DNA from: Bispira polyomma
Lineage: Eukaryota
DNA: 64,000 bases
Direction: 5' to 3'
Assembly (NCBI GenBank): GCA_965649765.1
Contig: OZ287751.1
Coordinates: 42,904,001-42,968,000 of the forward strand
A program made the translations under genes and the position numbers. The notes below the pieces were generated by a model that did not search any database, was not told where the DNA came from, and saw only the letters and a list, made by a program, of their open reading frames with translations. This document shows, piece after piece, positions 48,493-61,633 of the stretch. Positions within the stretch are counted from its first letter, which is position 1. Each line of letters opens with the position of its first letter.

Positions 48493-49963
48493 TGTTATCT
48501 CTCTCAGTGGTTACAGAGAAATGAATCACTTGTTAATTAGAGCTCACGTCTTTTATAATGAAATTTCGGACGTCAAAGAAAGCCCCACAGACGTGACGTG
48601 ATTCTTGTGTGTCTGGATTGACAGGGGCTCTGAAATTTGTGTTAATAAGTCACAGGAATTTGTCTAATTTACTGGAGTAATTGATACATTCATTGAAATT
48701 TTTTCACAGAATCAATTTCTTACATATTCATCAGTCATATTCAATGTGTATTTGAAAAGTTAAGGCGTCTATTATTGCCAAAGTTCACTGAAAATGCATT
48801 TTCACTGCATGTGTGTAATGATTAAAAAATTAAGTATTTTTTTCAAATTACCTTCAATATACCCTTTTAGTCATATTAAAGTAGCAATTTACACATATAT
48901 ATTATAGATTACATGTTTTCCTTGCATAATACTGTAAGAATTGGTCATTTAGTCTAATTGGAGGTGAATAACTGTGCATATGAAGTGGAGTCAGAAACAC
49001 AAATTCTAATCTAGCAACAAGCTACTTGGTGTGTTACACAGATAGGGCTGAAGCACAACCTGTGAGTTTATACATATCAATAAAGACACAACCAGTATGA
49101 TTTTACAACAATGTAATAGCCACTTTTTTGTAATTCCTCCCACCTAATTGTTTCTTTGATAATTTTTATATCACCTGCCTCACCCACCAGCTGTGATACT
49201 TTCTTTTCACACCGGTAAAGTTATGTACTTACTGCAGTCATGTCATACAATATTGTTTGTTTTTTATTCTTTCTATATAATTCCAGCAGATACCTGCCTT
49301 GGATATATTTCTGCAGAATTATTAATCAACAATGTTTTCTTTATAAAGACCACATCATTAACTGTACAAAATGATGCTTTTCCCTTACAAATTTTGTGGC
49401 ACCTTTGTTAAACTCACATACTTGATAGATTATACATATCGTGTATAAACTAACATACAGTATTTACATATTATATATATCACTTACAAAATCATATTTT
49501 GTGTCCTCTTATTGAATGATGGTTATACACAGGTTTACACAACATGTCTTTTTGGCATATTTAGAGAGATTTCAGAAAAAATAAAAAATAATATTAGCTG
49601 GCCAAGGGATGAAAAAAAATTAGTATTTATAGAGGTGGTCTATTAACACAATTAATAAATAGTTAAATGTGTCTGAAAAAAGATTTCTCAGATTAGAATT
49701 GTGTACTTTGAGTGTGTCTAAAATATATATTAATTATATTAGAATTGTGTATTTTGAGTGGTCTTTGTTGTTAAAATATTTTTATGAAGCCAAAAAAAAA
49801 AAAAGACTTAATATTTGATATGACATATACTCATAGATTTACACTATAAAATGATTACACTTGATAGAAAGGAATTCTCTCTGTAGAAAGATGAGGTTGG
49901 TCCTGAAAAGGACCTTTAATTTTAGTCACATGGACAAAACTCCAGCAGTGGCACTGTGGTGGT

Positions 49964-50527
49964 TTATTTCTTAGCCTTCTTTGGCTTTGCTGCTCGTTTA
50001 GCCTTTGGTTTCTTAGGCTTGGCCTTCCTTGCAGTCTTTTTGGCTGCCTTTGGTTTCCTCGATTTCTTGGCCTTACTCTTCTTAGCAGCAGCTTTCTTGG
50101 CCTTGGGTTTCTTAGCCTTCTTGACTTTCTTTGCCTTCTTGACTTTCTTCGCTTTCTTCTTCTTTTGCTTCTTGGTCTTTTTCTTTCTTGGAGCTTTAGG
50201 TACTTTTCCAACACGGAACCTTCCAGAGGCACCAGTTCCAGATGCTTGCTTAAACACACCAGTGGTCACCCCTCTTTTCAGGCTCATCTTGATGTGTGGT
50301 GTTAACCTGTTCATGTCCACCCTGTTGTTGCCAGCAATGTGCTTTTTGATGGCAGCCAGTGAAGTTCCCTTGCGATCTTTGGAAGTTCTTAGAGCAGTTA
50401 AAATCATGGCCTGTACAGGAGGATGGGTGGCAGCCTTCTTTGGCTTCCTTGCCCTCTTCTTAGGAGAAGCAGCCCTCTTTGCAGGAGATCCCGACTTAGC
50501 AGGTGATCCAGACCTTGATGCAGCCAT
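49964..50527 (-). CDS. H1: Histone H1 copy 22 (187 aa)
   Basis: Intact ORF, array member. Confidence 0.96.
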   Translation of the reverse strand: MAASRSGSPAKSGSPAKRAASPKKRARKPKKAATHPPVQAMILTALRTSKDRKGTSLAAIKKHIAGNNRVDMNRLTPHIKMSLKRGVTTGVFKQASGTGASGRFRVGKVPKAPRKKKTKKQKKKKAKKVKKAKKVKKAKKPKAKKAAAKKSKAKKSRKPKAAKKTARKAKPKKPKAKRAAKPKKAKK

Positions 50528-51999
50528 TGTTATCTCTCTCAGTGGTTACAGAGAAATGAATCACTTGTTAATTAGAGCTCACGCCTTTTATAATGAAATT
50601 TCGGACGTCAAAGAAAGCCCCACAGACGTGACGTGATTCTTGTGTGTCTGGATTGACAGGGGCTCTGAAATTTGTGTTAATAAGTCACAGGAATTTGTCT
50701 AATTTACTGGAGTAATTGATACATTCATTGAAATTTTTTCACAGAATCAATTTCTTACATATTCATCAGTCATATTCAATGTGTATTTGAAAAGTTAAGG
50801 CGTCTATTATTGCCAAAGTTCACTGAAAATGCATTTTCACTGCATGTGTGTAATGATTAAAAAATTAAGTATTTTTTTCAAATTACCTTCAATATACCCT
50901 TTTAGTCATATTAAAGTAGCAATTTACACATATATATTATAGATTACATGTTTTCCTTGCATAATACTGTAAAAATTGGTCATTTAGTCTAATTGGAGGT
51001 GAATAACTGTGCATATGAAGTGGAGTCAGAAAAACAAATTCTAATCTAGCAACAAGCTACTTGGTGTGTTACACAGATAGGGCTGAAGCACAACCTGTGA
51101 GTTTATACATATCAATAAAGACACAACCAGTATGATTTTACAACAATGTAATAGCCACTTTTTTTGTAATTCCTCCCACCTAATTGTTTCTTTGATAATT
51201 TTTATATCACCTGCCTCACCCACCAGCTGTGATACTTTCTTTTCACACCGGTAAAGTTATGTACTTACTGCAGTCATGTCATACAATATTGTTTGTTTTT
51301 TATTCTTTCTATATAATTCCAGCAGATACCTGCCTTGGATATATTTCTGCAGAATTATTAATCAACAATGTTTTCTTTATAAAGACCACATCATTAACTG
51401 TACAAAATGATGCTTTTCCCTTACAAATTTTGTGGCACCTTTGTTAAACTCACATACTTGATAGATTATACATATCGTGTATAAACTAACATACAGTATT
51501 TACATATTATATATATCACTTACAAAATCATATTTTGTGTCCTCTTATTGAATGATGGTTATACACAGGTTTACACAACATGTCTTTTTGGCATATTTAG
51601 AGAGATTTCAGAAAAAAAAAAAAATAATATTAGCTGGCCAAGGGATGAAAAAAAATTAGTATTTATAGAGGTGGTCTATTAACACAATTAATAAATAGTT
51701 AAATGTGTCTGAAAAAAGATTTCTCAGATTAGAATTGTGTACTTTGAGTGTGTCTAAAATATATATTAATTATATTAGAATTGTGTATTTTGAGTGGTCT
51801 TTGTTGTTAAAATATTTTTATGAAGCCAAAAAAAAAAAAAGACTTAATATTTGATATGACATATACTCATAGATTTACACTATAAAATGATTACACTTGA
51901 TAGAAAGGAATTCTCTCTGTAGAAAGATGAGGTTGGTCCTGAAAAGGACCTTTAATTTTAGTCACATGGACAAAACTCCAGCAGTGGCACTGTGGTGGT

Positions 52000-52554
52000 T
52001 TATTTCTTAGCCTTCTTTGGCTTTGCTGCTCGTTTAGCCTTTGGTTTCTTAGGCTTGGCCTTCCTTGCAGTCTTTTTGGCTGCCTTTGGTTTCCTCGATT
52101 TCTTGGCCTTACTCTTCTTAGCAGCAGCTTTCTTGGCCTTGGGTTTCTTAGCCTTCTTGACTTTCTTTGCCTTCTTCACTTTCTTCTTCTTTTGCTTCTT
52201 GGTCTTTTTCTTTCTTGGAGCTTTAGGTACTTTTCCAACACGGAACCTTCCAGAGGCACCAGTTCCAGATGCTTGCTTAAACACACCAGTGGTCACCCCT
52301 CTTTTCAGGCTCATCTTGATGTGTGGTGTTAACCTGTTCATGTCCACCCTGTTGTTGCCAGCAATGTGCTTTTTGATGGCAGCCAGTGAAGTTCCCTTGC
52401 GATCTTTGGAAGCTCTTAGAGCAGTTAAAATCATGGCCTGTACAGGAGGAAGGGTGGCAGCCTTCTTTGGCTTCCTTGCCCTCTTCTTAGGAGAAGCAGC
52501 CCTCTTTGCAGGAGATCCCGACTTAGCAGGTGATCCAGACCTTGATGCAGCCAT
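52000..52554 (-). CDS. H1: Histone H1 copy 23 (184 aa; H35L, A48; TATA mutated)
   Basis: Intact ORF, ATLPPV instead of ATHPPV; TATAAAA>TATGAAA. Confidence 0.9.
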   Translation of the reverse strand: MAASRSGSPAKSGSPAKRAASPKKRARKPKKAATLPPVQAMILTALRASKDRKGTSLAAIKKHIAGNNRVDMNRLTPHIKMSLKRGVTTGVFKQASGTGASGRFRVGKVPKAPRKKKTKKQKKKKVKKAKKVKKAKKPKAKKAAAKKSKAKKSRKPKAAKKTARKAKPKKPKAKRAAKPKKAKK

Positions 52555-54025
52555 TGTTATCTCTCTCAGTGGTTACAGAGAAATGAATCACTTGTTAATT
52601 AGAGCTCACGTCTTTCATAATGAAATTTCGGACGTCAAAGAAAGCCCCACAAACGTGACGTGATTCTTGTGTGTCTGGATTGACAGGGGCTCTGAAATTT
52701 GTGTTAATAAGTCACAGGAATTTGTCTAATTTACTGGAGTAATTGATACATTCATTGAAATTTTTTCACAGAATCAATTTCTTACATATTCATCAGTCAT
52801 ATTCAATGTGTATTTGAAAAGTTAAGGCGTCTATTATTGCCAAAGTTCACTGAAAATGCATTTTCACTGCATGTGTGTAATGATTAAAAAATTAAGTATT
52901 TTTTTCAAATTACCTTCAATATACCCTTTTAGTCATATTAAAATAGCAATTTACACATATATATTATAGATTACATGTTTTCCTTGCATAATACTGTAAG
53001 AATTGGTCATTTAGTCTAATTGGAGGTGAATAACTGTGCATATGAAGTGGAGTCAGAAACACAAATTCTAATCTAGCAACAAGCTACTTGGTGTGTTACA
53101 CAGATAGGGCTGAAGCACAACCTGTGAGTTTATACATATCAATAAAGACACAACCAGTATGATTTTACAACAATGTAATAGCCACTTTTTTTGTAATTCC
53201 TCCCACCTAATTGTTTCTTTGATAATTTTTATATCACCTGCCTCACCCACCAGCTGTGATACTTTCTTTTCACACCGGTAAAGTTATGTACTTACTGCAG
53301 TCATGTCATACAATATTGTTTGTTTTTTATTCTTTCTATATAATTCCAGCAGATACCTGCCTTGGATATATTTCTGCAGAATTATTAATCAACAATGTTT
53401 TCTTTATAAAGACCACATCATTAACTGTACAAAATGATGCTTTTCCCTTACAAATTTTGTGGCACCTTTGTTAAACTCACATACTTGATAGATTATACAT
53501 ATCGTGTATAAACTAACATACAGTATTTACATATTATATATATCACTTACAAAATCATATTTTGTGTCCTCTTATTGAATGATGGTTATACACAGGTTTA
53601 CACAACATGTCTTTTTGGCATATTTAGAGAGATTTCAGAAAAAAAAAAAATAATATTAGCTGGCCAAGGGATGAAAAAAAATTAGTATTTATAGAGGTGG
53701 TCTATTAACACAATTAATAAATAGTTAAATGTGTCTGAAAAAAGATTTCTCAGATTAGAATTGTGTACTTTGAGTGTGTCTAAAATATATATTAATTATA
53801 TTAGAATTGTGTATTTTGAGTGGTCTTTGTTGTTAAAATATTTTTATGAAGCCAAAAAAAAAAAAAGACTTAATATTTGATATGACATATACTCATAGAT
53901 TTACACTATAAAATGATTACACTTGATAGAAAGGAATTCTCTCTGTAGAAAGATGAGGTTGGTCCTGAAAAGGACCTTTAATTTTAGTCACATGGACAAA
54001 ACTCCAGCAGTGGCACTGTGGTGGT

Positions 54026-54589
54026 TTATTTCTTAGCCTTCTTTGGCTTTGCTGCTCGTTTAGCCTTTGGTTTCTTAGGCTTGGCCTTCCTTGCAGTCTT
54101 TTTGGCTGCCTTTGGTTTCCTCGATTTCTTGGCCTTACTCTTCTTAGCAGCAGCTTTCTTGGCCTTGGGTTTCTTAGCCTTCTTGACTTTCTTTGCCTTC
54201 TTGACTTTCTTCGCTTTCTTCTTCTTTTGCTTCTTGGTCTTTTTCTTTCTTGGAGCTTTAGGTACTTTTCCAACACGGAACCTTCCAGAGGCACCAGTTC
54301 CAGATGCTTGCTTAAACACACCAGTGGTCACCCCTCTTTTCAGGCTCATCTTGATGTGTGGTGTTAACCTGTTCATGTCCACCCTGTTGTTGCCAGCAAT
54401 GTGCTTTTTGATGGCAGCCAGTGAAGTTCCCTTGCGATCTTTGGAAGTTCTTAGAGCAGTTAAAATCATGGCCTGTACAGGAGGATGGGTGGCAGCCTTC
54501 TTTGGCTTCCTTGCCCTCTTCTTAGGAGAAGCAGCCCTCTTTGCAGGAGATCCCGACTTAGCAGGTGATCCAGACCTTGATGCAGCCAT
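54026..54589 (-). CDS. H1: Histone H1 copy 24 (187 aa)
   Basis: Intact ORF, array member. Confidence 0.96.
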   Translation of the reverse strand: MAASRSGSPAKSGSPAKRAASPKKRARKPKKAATHPPVQAMILTALRTSKDRKGTSLAAIKKHIAGNNRVDMNRLTPHIKMSLKRGVTTGVFKQASGTGASGRFRVGKVPKAPRKKKTKKQKKKKAKKVKKAKKVKKAKKPKAKKAAAKKSKAKKSRKPKAAKKTARKAKPKKPKAKRAAKPKKAKK

Positions 54590-56061
54590 TGTTATCTCTC
54601 TCAGTGGTTACAGAGAAATGAATCACTTGTTAATTAGAGCTCACGCCTTTTATAATGAAATTTCGGACGTCAAAGAAAGCCCCACAGACGTGACGTGATT
54701 CTTGTGTGTCTGGATTGACAGGGGCTCTGAAATTTGTGTTAATAAGTCACAGGAATTTGTCTAATTTACTGGAGTAATTGATACATTCATTGAAATTTTT
54801 TCACAGAATCAATTTCTTACATATTCATCAGTCATATTCAATGTGTATTTGAAAAGTTAAGGCGTCTATTATTGCCAAAGTTCACTGAAAATGCATTTTC
54901 ACTGCATGTGTGTAATGATTAAAAAATTAAGTATTTTTTTCAAATTACCTTCAATATACCCTTTTAGTCATATTAAAGTAGCAATTTACACATATATATT
55001 ATAGATTACATGTTTTCCTTGCATAATACTGTAAAAATTGGTCATTTAGTCTAATTGGAGGTGAATAACTGTGCATATGAAGTGGAGTCAGAAAAACAAA
55101 TTCTAATCTAGCAACAAGCTACTTGGTGTGTTACACAGATAGGGCTGAAGCACAACCTGTGAGTTTATACATATCAATAAAGACACAACCAGTATGATTT
55201 TACAACAATGTAATAGCCACTTTTTTTGTAATTCCTCCCACCTAATTGTTTCTTTGATAATTTTTATATCACCTGCCTCACCCACCAGCTGTGATACTTT
55301 CTTTTCACACCGGTAAAGTTATGTACTTACTGCAGTCATGTCATACAATATTGTTTGTTTTTTATTCTTTCTATATAATTCCAGCAGATACCTGCCTTGG
55401 ATATATTTCTGCAGAATTATTAATCAACAATGTTTTCTTTATAAAGACCACATCATTAACTGTACAAAATGATGCTTTTCCCTTACAAATTTTGTGGCAC
55501 CTTTGTTAAACTCACATACTTGATAGATTATACATATCGTGTATAAACTAACATACAGTATTTACATATTATATATATCACTTACAAAATCATATTTTGT
55601 GTCCTCTTATTGAATGATGGTTATACACAGGTTTACACAACATGTCTTTTTGGCATATTTAGAGAGATTTCAGAAAAAAAAAAAAATAATATTAGCTGGC
55701 CAAGGGATGAAAAAAAATTAGTATTTATAGAGGTGGTCTATTAACACAATTAATAAATAGTTAAATGTGTCTGAAAAAAGATTTCTCAGATTAGAATTGT
55801 GTACTTTGAGCGTGTCTAAAATATATATTAATTATATTAGAATTGTGTATTTTGAGTGGTCTTTGTTGTTAAAATATTTTTATGAAGCCAAAAAAAAAAA
55901 AAGACTTAATATTTGATATGACATATACTCATAGATTTACACTATAAAATGATTACACTTGATAGAAAGGAATTCTCTCTGTAGAAAGATGAGGTTGGTC
56001 CTGAAAAGGACCTTTAATTTTAGTCACATGGACAAAACTCCAGCAGTGGCACTGTGGTGGT

Positions 56062-56616
56062 TTATTTCTTAGCCTTCTTTGGCTTTGCTGCTCGTTTAGC
56101 CTTTGGTTTCTTAGGCTTGGCCTTCCTTGCAGTCTTTTTGGCTGCCTTTGGTTTCCTCGATTTCTTGGCCTTACTCTTCTTAGCAGCAGCTTTCTTGGCC
56201 TTGGGTTTCTTAGCCTTCTTGACTTTCTTTGCCTTCTTCACTTTCTTCTTCTTTTGCTTCTTGGTCTTTTTCTTTCTTGGAGCTTTAGGTACTTTTCCAA
56301 CACGGAACCTTCCAGAGGCACCAGTTCCAGATGCTTGCTTAAACACACCAGTGGTCACCCCTCTTTTCAGGCTCATCTTGATGTGTGGTGTTAACCTGTT
56401 CATGTCCACCCTGTTGTTGCCAGCAATGTGCTTTTTGATGGCAGCCAGTGAAGTTCCCTTGCGATCTTTGGAAGCTCTTAGAGCAGTTAAAATCATGGCC
56501 TGTACAAGAGGAAGGGTGGCAGCCTTCTTTGGCTTCCTTGCCCTCTTCTTAGGAGAAGCAGCCCTCTTTGCAGGAGATCCCGACTTAGCAGGTGATCCAG
56601 ACCTTGATGCAGCCAT
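56062..56616 (-). CDS. H1: Histone H1 copy 25 (184 aa; H35L, P37L, A48; TATA mutated)
   Basis: Intact ORF, ATLPLV; TATAAAA>TATGAAA. Confidence 0.9.
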   Translation of the reverse strand: MAASRSGSPAKSGSPAKRAASPKKRARKPKKAATLPLVQAMILTALRASKDRKGTSLAAIKKHIAGNNRVDMNRLTPHIKMSLKRGVTTGVFKQASGTGASGRFRVGKVPKAPRKKKTKKQKKKKVKKAKKVKKAKKPKAKKAAAKKSKAKKSRKPKAAKKTARKAKPKKPKAKRAAKPKKAKK

Positions 56617-58086
56617 TGTTATCTCTCTCAGTGGTTACAGAGAAATGAATCACTTGTTAATTAGAGCTCACGTCTTTCATAATGAAATTTCGGACGTCAA
56701 AGAAAGCCCCACAAACGTGACGTGATTCTTGTGTGTCTGGATTGACAGGGGCTCTGAAATTTGTGTTAATAAGTCACAGGAATTTGTCTAATTTACTGGA
56801 GTAATTGATACATTCATTGAAATTTTTTCACAGAATCAATTTCTTACATATTCATCAGTCATATTCAATGTGTATTTGAAAAGTTAAGGCGTCTATTATT
56901 GCCAAAGTTCACTGAAAATGCATTTTCACTGCATGTGTGTAATGATTAAAAAATTAAGTATTTTTTTCAAATTACCTTCAATATACCCTTTTAGTCATAT
57001 TAAAGTAGCAATTTACACATATATATTATAGATTACATGTTTTCCTTGCATAATACTGTAAGAATTGGTCATTTAGTCTAATTGGAGGTGAATAACTGTG
57101 CATATGAAGTGGAGTCAGAAACACAAATTCTAATCTAGCAACAAGCTACTTGGTGTGTTACACAGATAGGGCTGAAGCACAACCTGTGAGTTTATACATA
57201 TCAATAAAGACACAACCAGTATGATTTTACAACAATGTAATAGCCACTTTTTTGTAATTCCTCCCACCTAATTGTTTCTTTGATAATTTTTATATCACCT
57301 GCCTCACCCACCAGCTGTGATACTTTCTTTTCACACCGGTAAAGTTATGTACTTACTGCAGTCATGTCATACAATATTGTTTGTTTTTTATTCTTTCTAT
57401 ATAATTCCAGCAGATACCTGCCTTGGATATATTTCTGCAGAATTATTAATCAACAATGTTTTCTTTATAAAGACCACATCATTAACTGTACAAAATGATG
57501 CTTTTCCCTTACAAATTTTGTGGCACCTTTGTTAAACTCACATACTTGATAGATTATACATATCGTGTATAAACTAACATACAGTATTTACATATTATAT
57601 ATATCACTTACAAAATCATATTTTGTGTCCTCTTATTGAATGATGGTTATACACAGGTTTACACAACATGTCTTTTTGGCATATTTAGAGAGATTTCAGA
57701 AAAAAAAAAAATAATATTAGCTGGCCAAGGGATGAAAAAAAATTAGTATTTATAGAGGTGGTCTATTAACACAATTAATAAATAGTTAAATGTGTCTGAA
57801 AAAAGATTTCTCAGATTAGAATTGTGTACTTTGAGTGTGTCTAAAATATATATTAATTATATTAGAATTGTGTATTTTGAGTGGTCTTTGTTGTTAAAAT
57901 ATTTTTATGAAGCCAAAAAAAAAAAAAGACTTAATATTTGATATGACATATACTCATAGATTTACACTATAAAATGATTACACTTGATAGAAAGGAATTC
58001 TCTCTGTAGAAAGATGAGGTTGGTCCTGAAAAGGACCTTTAATTTTAGTCACATGGACAAAACTCCAGCAGTGGCACTGTGGTGGT

Positions 58087-58650
58087 TTATTTCTTAGCCT
58101 TCTTTGGCTTTGCTGCTCGTTTAGCCTTTGGTTTCTTAGGCTTGGCCTTCCTTGCAGTCTTTTTGGCTGCCTTTGGTTTCCTCGATTTCTTGGCCTTACT
58201 CTTCTTAGCAGCAGCTTTCTTGGCCTTGGGTTTCTTAGCCTTCTTGACTTTCTTTGCCTTCTTCACTTTCTTCGCTTTCTTCTTCTTTTGCTTCTTGGTC
58301 TTTTTCTTTCTTGGAGCTTTAGGTACTTTTCCAACACGGAACCTTCCAGAGGCACCAGTTCCAGATGCTTGCTTAAACACACCAGTGGTCACCCCTCTTT
58401 TCAGGCTCATCTTGATGTGTGGTGTTAACCTGTTCATGTCCACCCTGTTGTTGCCAGCAATGTGCTTTTTGATGGCAGCCAGTGAAGTTCCCTTGCGATC
58501 TTTGGAAGCTCTTAGAGCAGTTAAAATCATGGCCTGTACAGGAGGATGGGTGGCAGCCTTCTTTGGCTTCCTTGCCCTCTTCTTAGGAGAAGCAGCCCTC
58601 TTTGCAGGAGATCCCGACTTAGCAGGTGATCCAGACCTTGATGCAGCCAT
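58087..58650 (-). CDS. H1: Histone H1 copy 26 (187 aa, A48)
   Basis: Intact ORF, array member. Confidence 0.96.
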   Translation of the reverse strand: MAASRSGSPAKSGSPAKRAASPKKRARKPKKAATHPPVQAMILTALRASKDRKGTSLAAIKKHIAGNNRVDMNRLTPHIKMSLKRGVTTGVFKQASGTGASGRFRVGKVPKAPRKKKTKKQKKKKAKKVKKAKKVKKAKKPKAKKAAAKKSKAKKSRKPKAAKKTARKAKPKKPKAKRAAKPKKAKK

Positions 58651-60122
58651 TGTTATCTCTCTCAGTGGTTACAGAGAAATGAATCACTTGTTAATTAGAG
58701 CTCACGTCTTTTATAATGAAATTTCGGACGTCAAAGAAAGCCCCACAGACGTGACGTGATTCTTGTGTGTCTGGATTGACAGGGGCTCTGAAATTTGTGT
58801 TAATAAGTCACAGGAATTTGTCTAATTTACTGGAGTAATTGATACATTCATTGAAATTTTTTCACAGAATCAATTTCTTACATATTCATCAGTCATATTC
58901 AATGTGTATTTGAAAAGTTAAGGTGTCTATTATTGCCAAAGTTCACTGAAAATGCATTTTCACTGCATGTGTGTGATGATTAAAAAATTAAGTATTTTTT
59001 TCAAATTACCTTCAATATACCCTTTTAGTCATATTAAAGTAGCAATTTACACATATATATTATAGATTACATGTTTTCCTTGCATAATACTGTAAGAATT
59101 GGTCATTTAGTCTAATTGGAGGTGAATAACTGTGCATATGAAGTGGAGTCAGAAACACAAATTCTAATCTAGCAACAAGCTACTTGGTGTGTTACACAGA
59201 TAGGGCTGAAGCACAACCTGTGAGTTTATACATATCAATAAAGACACAACCAGTATGATTTTACAACAATATAATAGCCACTTTTTTTGTAATTCCTCCC
59301 ACCTAATTGTTTCTTTGATAATTTTTATATCACCTGCCTCACCCACCAGCTGTGATACTTTCTTTTCACACCGGTAAAGTTATGTACTTACTGCAGTCAT
59401 GTCATACAATATTGTTTGTTTTTTATTCTTTCTATATAATTCCAGCAGATACCTGCCTTGGATATATTTCTGCAGAATTATTAATCAACAATGTTTTCTT
59501 TATAAAGACCACATCATTAACTGTACAAAATGATGCTTTTCCCTTACAAATTTTGTGGCACCTTTGTTAAACTCACATACTTGATAGATTATACATATCG
59601 TGTATAAACTAACATACAGTATTTACATATTATATATATCACTTACAAAATCATATTTTGTGTCCTCTTATTGAATGATGGTTATACACAGGTTTACACA
59701 ACATGTCTTTTTGGCATATTTAGAGAGATTTCAGAAAAAAAAAAAAATAATATTAGCTGGCCAAGGGATGAAAAAAAATTAGTATTTATAGAGGTGGTCT
59801 ATTAACACAATTAATAAATAGTTAAATGTGTCTGAAAAAAGATTTCTCAGATTAGAATTGTGTACTTTGAGTGTGTCTAAAATATATATTAATTATATTA
59901 GAATTGTGTATTTTGAGTGGTCTTTGTTGTTAAAATATTTTTATGAAGCCAACCAAAAAAAAAGACTTAATATTTGATATGACATATACTCATAGATTTA
60001 CACTATAAAATGATTACACTTGATAGAAAGGAATTCTCTCTGTAGAAAGATGAGGTTGGTCCTGAAAAGGACCTTTAATTTTAGTCACATGGACAAAACT
60101 CCAGCAGTGGCACTGTGGTGGT

Positions 60123-60686
60123 TTATTTCTTAGCCTTCTTTGGCTTTGCTGCTCGTTTAGCCTTTGGTTTCTTAGGCTTGGCCTTCCTTGCAGTCTTTTT
60201 GGCTGCCTTTGGTTTCCTCGATTTCTTGGCCTTACTCTTCTTAGCAGCAGCTTTCTTGGCCTTGGGTTTCTTAGCCTTCTTGACTTTCTTTGCCTTCTTC
60301 GCTTTCTTCGCTTTCTTCTTCTTTTGCTTCTTGGTCTTTTTCTTTCTTGGAGCTTTAGGTACTTTTCCAACACGGAACCTTCCAGAGGCACCAGTTCCAG
60401 ATGCTTGCTTAAACACACCAGTGGTCACCCCTCTTTTCAGGCTCATCTTGATGTGTGGTGTTAACCTGTTCATGTCCACCCTGTTGTTGCCAGCAATGTG
60501 CTTTTTGATGGCAGCCAGTGAAGTTCCCATGCGATCTTTGGAAGTTCTTAGAGCAGTTAAAATCATGGCCTGTACAGGAGGATGGGTGGCAGCCTTCTTT
60601 GGCTTCCTTGCCCTCTTCTTAGGAGAAGCAGCCCTCTTTGCAGGAGATCCCGACTTAGCAGGTGATCCAGACCTTGATGCAGCCAT
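60123..60686 (-). CDS. H1: Histone H1 copy 27 (187 aa; K53M and one V>A in the tail)
   Basis: Intact ORF, KDRMGTS; terminal, more diverged unit. Confidence 0.94.
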   Translation of the reverse strand: MAASRSGSPAKSGSPAKRAASPKKRARKPKKAATHPPVQAMILTALRTSKDRMGTSLAAIKKHIAGNNRVDMNRLTPHIKMSLKRGVTTGVFKQASGTGASGRFRVGKVPKAPRKKKTKKQKKKKAKKAKKAKKVKKAKKPKAKKAAAKKSKAKKSRKPKAAKKTARKAKPKKPKAKRAAKPKKAKK

Positions 60687-61633
60687 TGTTATCTCTCTCA
60701 GTGGTTACAGAGAAATGAATCACTTGTTAATTAGAGCTCACGTCTTTTATAATGAAATTTCGGACGTCAAAGAAAGCCCCACAGACGTGACGTGATTCTT
60801 GTGTGTCTGGATTGACAGGGGCTCTGAAATTTGTGTTAATAAGTCACAGGAATTTGTCTAATTTACTGGAGTGATTGATACATTCATTGAAATTTTTCAC
60901 AGAATCAATTTCTTACATATTCATCAGTCATATTCAATGTGTATTTGAAAAGTTAGGGTGTCTATTATTGCCAAAGTTCACTGAAAATGCATTTTCACTG
61001 CATGTGTGTAATGATTAAAAAATTAAGCATTTTTTCCAAATTACCTCCAAATTACCCTTTTAGTCATATTAAAGTAGCAATTTACACATATATATTATAG
61101 ATTACATGTTTTTTCCTTGCATAATACTGTAAGAATTGATCATTTAGTCTAATTGGACGTGAATAACTGTGCATATGAAGTGAAGTCAGAAAGACAAATT
61201 CTAATCTAGCAACAAGCTACTTGGTGTGTTACACAGATAGGGCTGAAGCACAACCTGTGAGTTTATACATATCAATAAAGACACAACCAGTATGATTTTA
61301 CAACAATATAATAGCCACTTTTTTCGTAATTCCTCTCACCTAATTGTTACTTTGATAATTTTTATATCACCTGCCTCACCCACCAGCTGTGATACTTTCT
61401 TTTCACACAGGTAAAGTTGTGTACTTACTGCAGTCATGTCATACAATATTGTTTGTTTTTTATTCTTTCTATATAATTCCAACAGATACCTGCCTTGGAT
61501 ATATTTCTGCAGAATTATTAATCAACAATGTTTTCTTTATAAAGACCACATCATCAACTGTACAAAATGATGCTTTTCCCTTACAAATTTTGTCGCACCT
61601 TTGTTAAACTCACATACTTGATATATTATAAAA

